Part shown: positions 61,088-64,000 of the stretch, in pieces
Position numbering within the stretch: position 1 is the first letter of the stretch
Layout: each line of letters opens with the position of its first letter
Assembly (NCBI GenBank): GCA_029717555.1
Contig: JAMDHS010000029.1
Span: forward strand, 124,001 to 188,000
Reading direction: 5' to 3'
Source: Peribolospora baueri
Taxonomy: Eukaryota
DNA: 64,000 bases
Position numbers and translations under genes: made by a program
The notes under the pieces: generated by a model
What the model was told of the DNA's origin: nothing
Seen by the model: the letters and a program-made list of their open reading frames with translations, nothing else
The model's database searches: none

Positions 61088-62908
61088 TCAGTCGAACGTC
61101 GTCTTCTTGCCGCCAGCACCCTCCACGATCGCTCCCGTCCTGATCGCCTTGCCCGGGCTCGCTCCACCGCGTCCGCCCCTCCCACCGCCGCGTCCTCCGC
61201 CACCGCGTCCTCCACCCCTCCCGCCACCACGACCGCCCCAGCCGTTGTCGCGAGAGCCCCGATCGCCGCCTCCGAAGCCTCCACGTCCACCACCGCGTCC
61301 TCCGCCCCTACCGCCGCCGCGTCCGCCGCCTCGTCCGCCACCACCACCGCCGTCGCGGGGAGGTCGCGGAGTGGAAAAGTCGAGACGAATGCTCCTGCCA
61401 CCGATATCGGCACCGGTCATGGCCTCGAGCGCCTTCTTGGCGGTCTCCACGTCACCAAACTCGATGTAGCCGAAGCCCTTGGGCCGGCCAGTCTCCTGTT
61501 CGGTGGGAAGACGGACGGAGACAATGTCGCCGTGCTCGCCGAACGCCTCCCAAAGCTGGTCCTCGTTGACGTTGAAGGAGACGTTGCCGACGAAGAGCGT
61601 CGCCGACGGCTCGGACAGACTGTCGCCGAACGCCTTGGCACGCTTCTCCGGGTTCGGAGCGCGCGGGAGGGAGAGGTCAACGTTGATCTTGCGCCCGTCC
61701 ACTTCCCTTTCCTTGGCCGCGAGAGCGGCCTTGGCGGCCGCGGGAGCGGAGAATTCGACGTAGCCGAACCTTGAAAGGATAGAGGTCAAGGAAGGAATAA
61801 GCGAAATCGTTCATGTTGGAACGAGCGAAGAAGGCGATGGCACCGGTCGGTCGATCACTCACCCTCTGCTCCTCCCGCTCTCTCTGTCCACCTGAACGCG
61901 GGCGCTGACAACCTCACCGAACTCGTCAAACTCGCTCTTGAGCCAGTCGTTATCGATGTTCCAGCTCAACTGGCCGACCCAGATCGTGCTGGTCTCCACA
62001 GACTCTGTCGCGTCCTCCACCTCGTCCGCCTTGCGCTTCTTGCTCTGTGTCGCGCCGTTCGCCTCCACTTTGGTAGCTTTGCTCGACGCAGCCTTGGGCT
62101 CGGCGTCTTGCATCTTTTCGTCGGAGTCGGAGTCGGAGTCGGAGTCCGAGTCCGAGTCCGAGTCCGAGTCGGAGCTAGAGTCAGAGTCCTCTTCTTCGGG
62201 GCTGGACTTGGCGGCCTTGGCCTTGGGCTTTTCGGTCTCTTCCTCGTCGGAAGACTCGTCATCAGACTCATCCTCGTCATCAGAAGACTCGTCGTCGGAG
62301 GACTCCTCCTTCTCAGCGGCCTTCTTCGCGGTGGCAGCGGCAGCCGGCTTGACCGAGTCGGCCTTGGCTTTGTCCTCCTGGGGCGTTGAATGAAGAAGGA
62401 AAGCGGAGGGCGGATGAGCAAAGCCGTTGTGGAGAGAAGAGGAAGCGCGGGCCTTACCTCGCTCTCCTCATCAGAGCTTTCCTCGGAGCTCTCCTCTTCG
62501 CTGCTCTCCTCATCAGAGCTTACCTCTGCCTTTTTGTCGGCCTGCTTCGCGGACTAAGAGAAGGGGGAAAAGGGAGTTGGAAAGAAGGAAGAGTTAGATA
62601 TGGAGAGGTAGGGCTCGACCAGGGAGCCACCAGTCTGGCACGCGGTTACTCACCTTGGCCTTCTCCTCTACCTCGTCCTCACTGTCTTCGCTGCTGTCTT
62701 CACTGCTGTCTTCGCTGCTCTCCTCGCCCTTGGGAGGGGGCGGCGGGGCGGCCTTCTTCTTCTTGTCCTTGTCTTTGCCCTTGTCCTTCTTGCTCTCCTT
62801 GCCGTTCGTCTTGGCAGCGGCAGCGGCGACGACGGGGGCGGCGGCCTTGGTGCTCACCTCCTCCTTCTTGGCCGAGCCGTTGACGGCGGTCTTGGACTTT
62901 TTACCCAT
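61088..62908 (-). CDS. NSR1: Nucleolin-like protein Nsr1/Gar2 (acidic N-terminus, 2 RRMs, GAR tail)
   Basis: TIWVGQLSWNIDNDWL...SRG|FGYVEF, TLFVGNVSF...PKGFGYIEF, RGG repeats, GKKTTFD*. Confidence 0.95.
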
Positions 62909-63180
62909 TTTGAATTTAGAGGGCTGGGGAGGGAGGACGAGTAAGGGATGGATGGGAGCGCCGAAAGAAGAAGAGGCGCACGAAGGAGGTGGGTGGTAAG
63001 GTAAACCGAAGGAAGGAAGAAGGTGTTTTCCGTCCCTCTGTTTGCTTTCTATCTTTGCCTCTCTTCCATCCATCCACCGCTCGTCAAAATTCTGCGGGCC
63101 GCACCGACCCGCATCCGCCGCAGCGACGAAAAGCTGCGGTAACAAACTATGATTGTTCCCACGGCCATGCGATGCGCGTG

Positions 63181-63257
63181 TAACCCTAAGGGGGGCGAGC
63201 GGGTGGGTTTCTTTCCGTCTTGGCTTGGCACAAAAGCTCTTGGCGCTGCACGATGAG
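63181..63257. promoter_or_regulatory. Telo-box-like TAACCCTAA (63181-63189) and PAC-like CGATGAG (63251-63257) upstream of NSR1
   Basis: Motif matches about 270-350 bp upstream of a ribosome-biogenesis gene. Confidence 0.4.
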
Positions 63258-64000
63258 GTCTTGATCCGCCCGCCCGTCCCGTCGGGTCATTCTGACCGGG
63301 CGCGGGCAATGGAAGACCTGACTTACTCGGGCGGGCGGCTGTGCCGAATGTTTAATCATGTCGCTAGTCCGCGCTTGTGCTCGTGCTTGTGCTCGTCAAT
63401 GCCAATGCCACGCACGTCGTGATGTGGGCGAGGACGAAGGGGGAGCTTGGCTGGGCGCCAAGAGCGACCGCCACCTGGGGACCGTCGAAGCGGGCCAGCG
63501 AGTGACGAGGTTGGTGTGCGTCGCCGGAGGAAGCGACCCGGCTGGCTTGCCTGGCGAGCGCCACGTGGATTTGGCTCCGCCTTTTGCCAAGCCCAACGAA
63601 CCCGTCGTCGGGACGAACGAGGGAGAGGGAGAGGGACAGAGCGAGGGTCGCACAAGCAAGTCTTTCTTCGGTCGAGGCGATAAACTAGATGATATAATAG
63701 CCAGCCAACGGACGATGGACGACAGCAGCTCGAACTCCTCCCACCATCACCATCGTCATCGCCATCGCCGCCACCACCACGCACCCACCTTCCACCGAGT
63801 CTACAGCCCCGTCGACTCGGACCACGTCTGCGACGACGACGACGACGACGACCACCAGCACCAGAACCACCACCGCACTGCCACTCGCCCCGCACATCCG
63901 GTCTCCTCCACCACCACCTCCTCCTCCCTCTCCTCCCATCCCCCCTCGCTTCAACCACACGTCCTACCAAGCGCCCGGCAGCCTTTTCCTCCCTCTTCCT

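Overview
This is eukaryotic DNA from a GC-rich, intron-dense fungus, most likely a basidiomycete (possibly Pucciniomycotina; inferred from gene content and splice signals). The raw ORF track is therefore mostly exon fragments and antisense shadows, and the gene models below were spliced by eye at GT-AG boundaries. About 20 conserved genes are recognisable: PSO2/SNM1, an MBP1/SWI4-type APSES-ankyrin factor, a GH17 glucanase, VAMP7, PAM17, PTC7, VTC4, an Esc1/DevR-like bHLH factor, an MFS sugar porter, an HMG-box protein, mitochondrial uL24, NDUFB7, HEM12, prefoldin-2, YPI1, a SWT1-like PIN nuclease, CCT2, a BIG1/Ac45-like protein and NSR1. An accessory island at about 32-40.5 kb holds a solo LTR with a perfect 5-bp target-site duplication, a decayed Ty1/copia element, a sister LTR and pseudogenes. 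Three observations stand out. (1) A 1046-bp non-coding element at 6678-7723 has TGTCACAG...CTGTGACA ends, and its interior folds on the + strand into a ~660-nt nested, G·U-containing RNA-like structure. (2) A Tse2-like ADP-ribosyltransferase gene has a presequence-like N-terminus and an in-frame TAA. (3) A small cysteine-free secreted protein carries GGX repeats. No rRNA, tRNA or CRISPR array could be supported.
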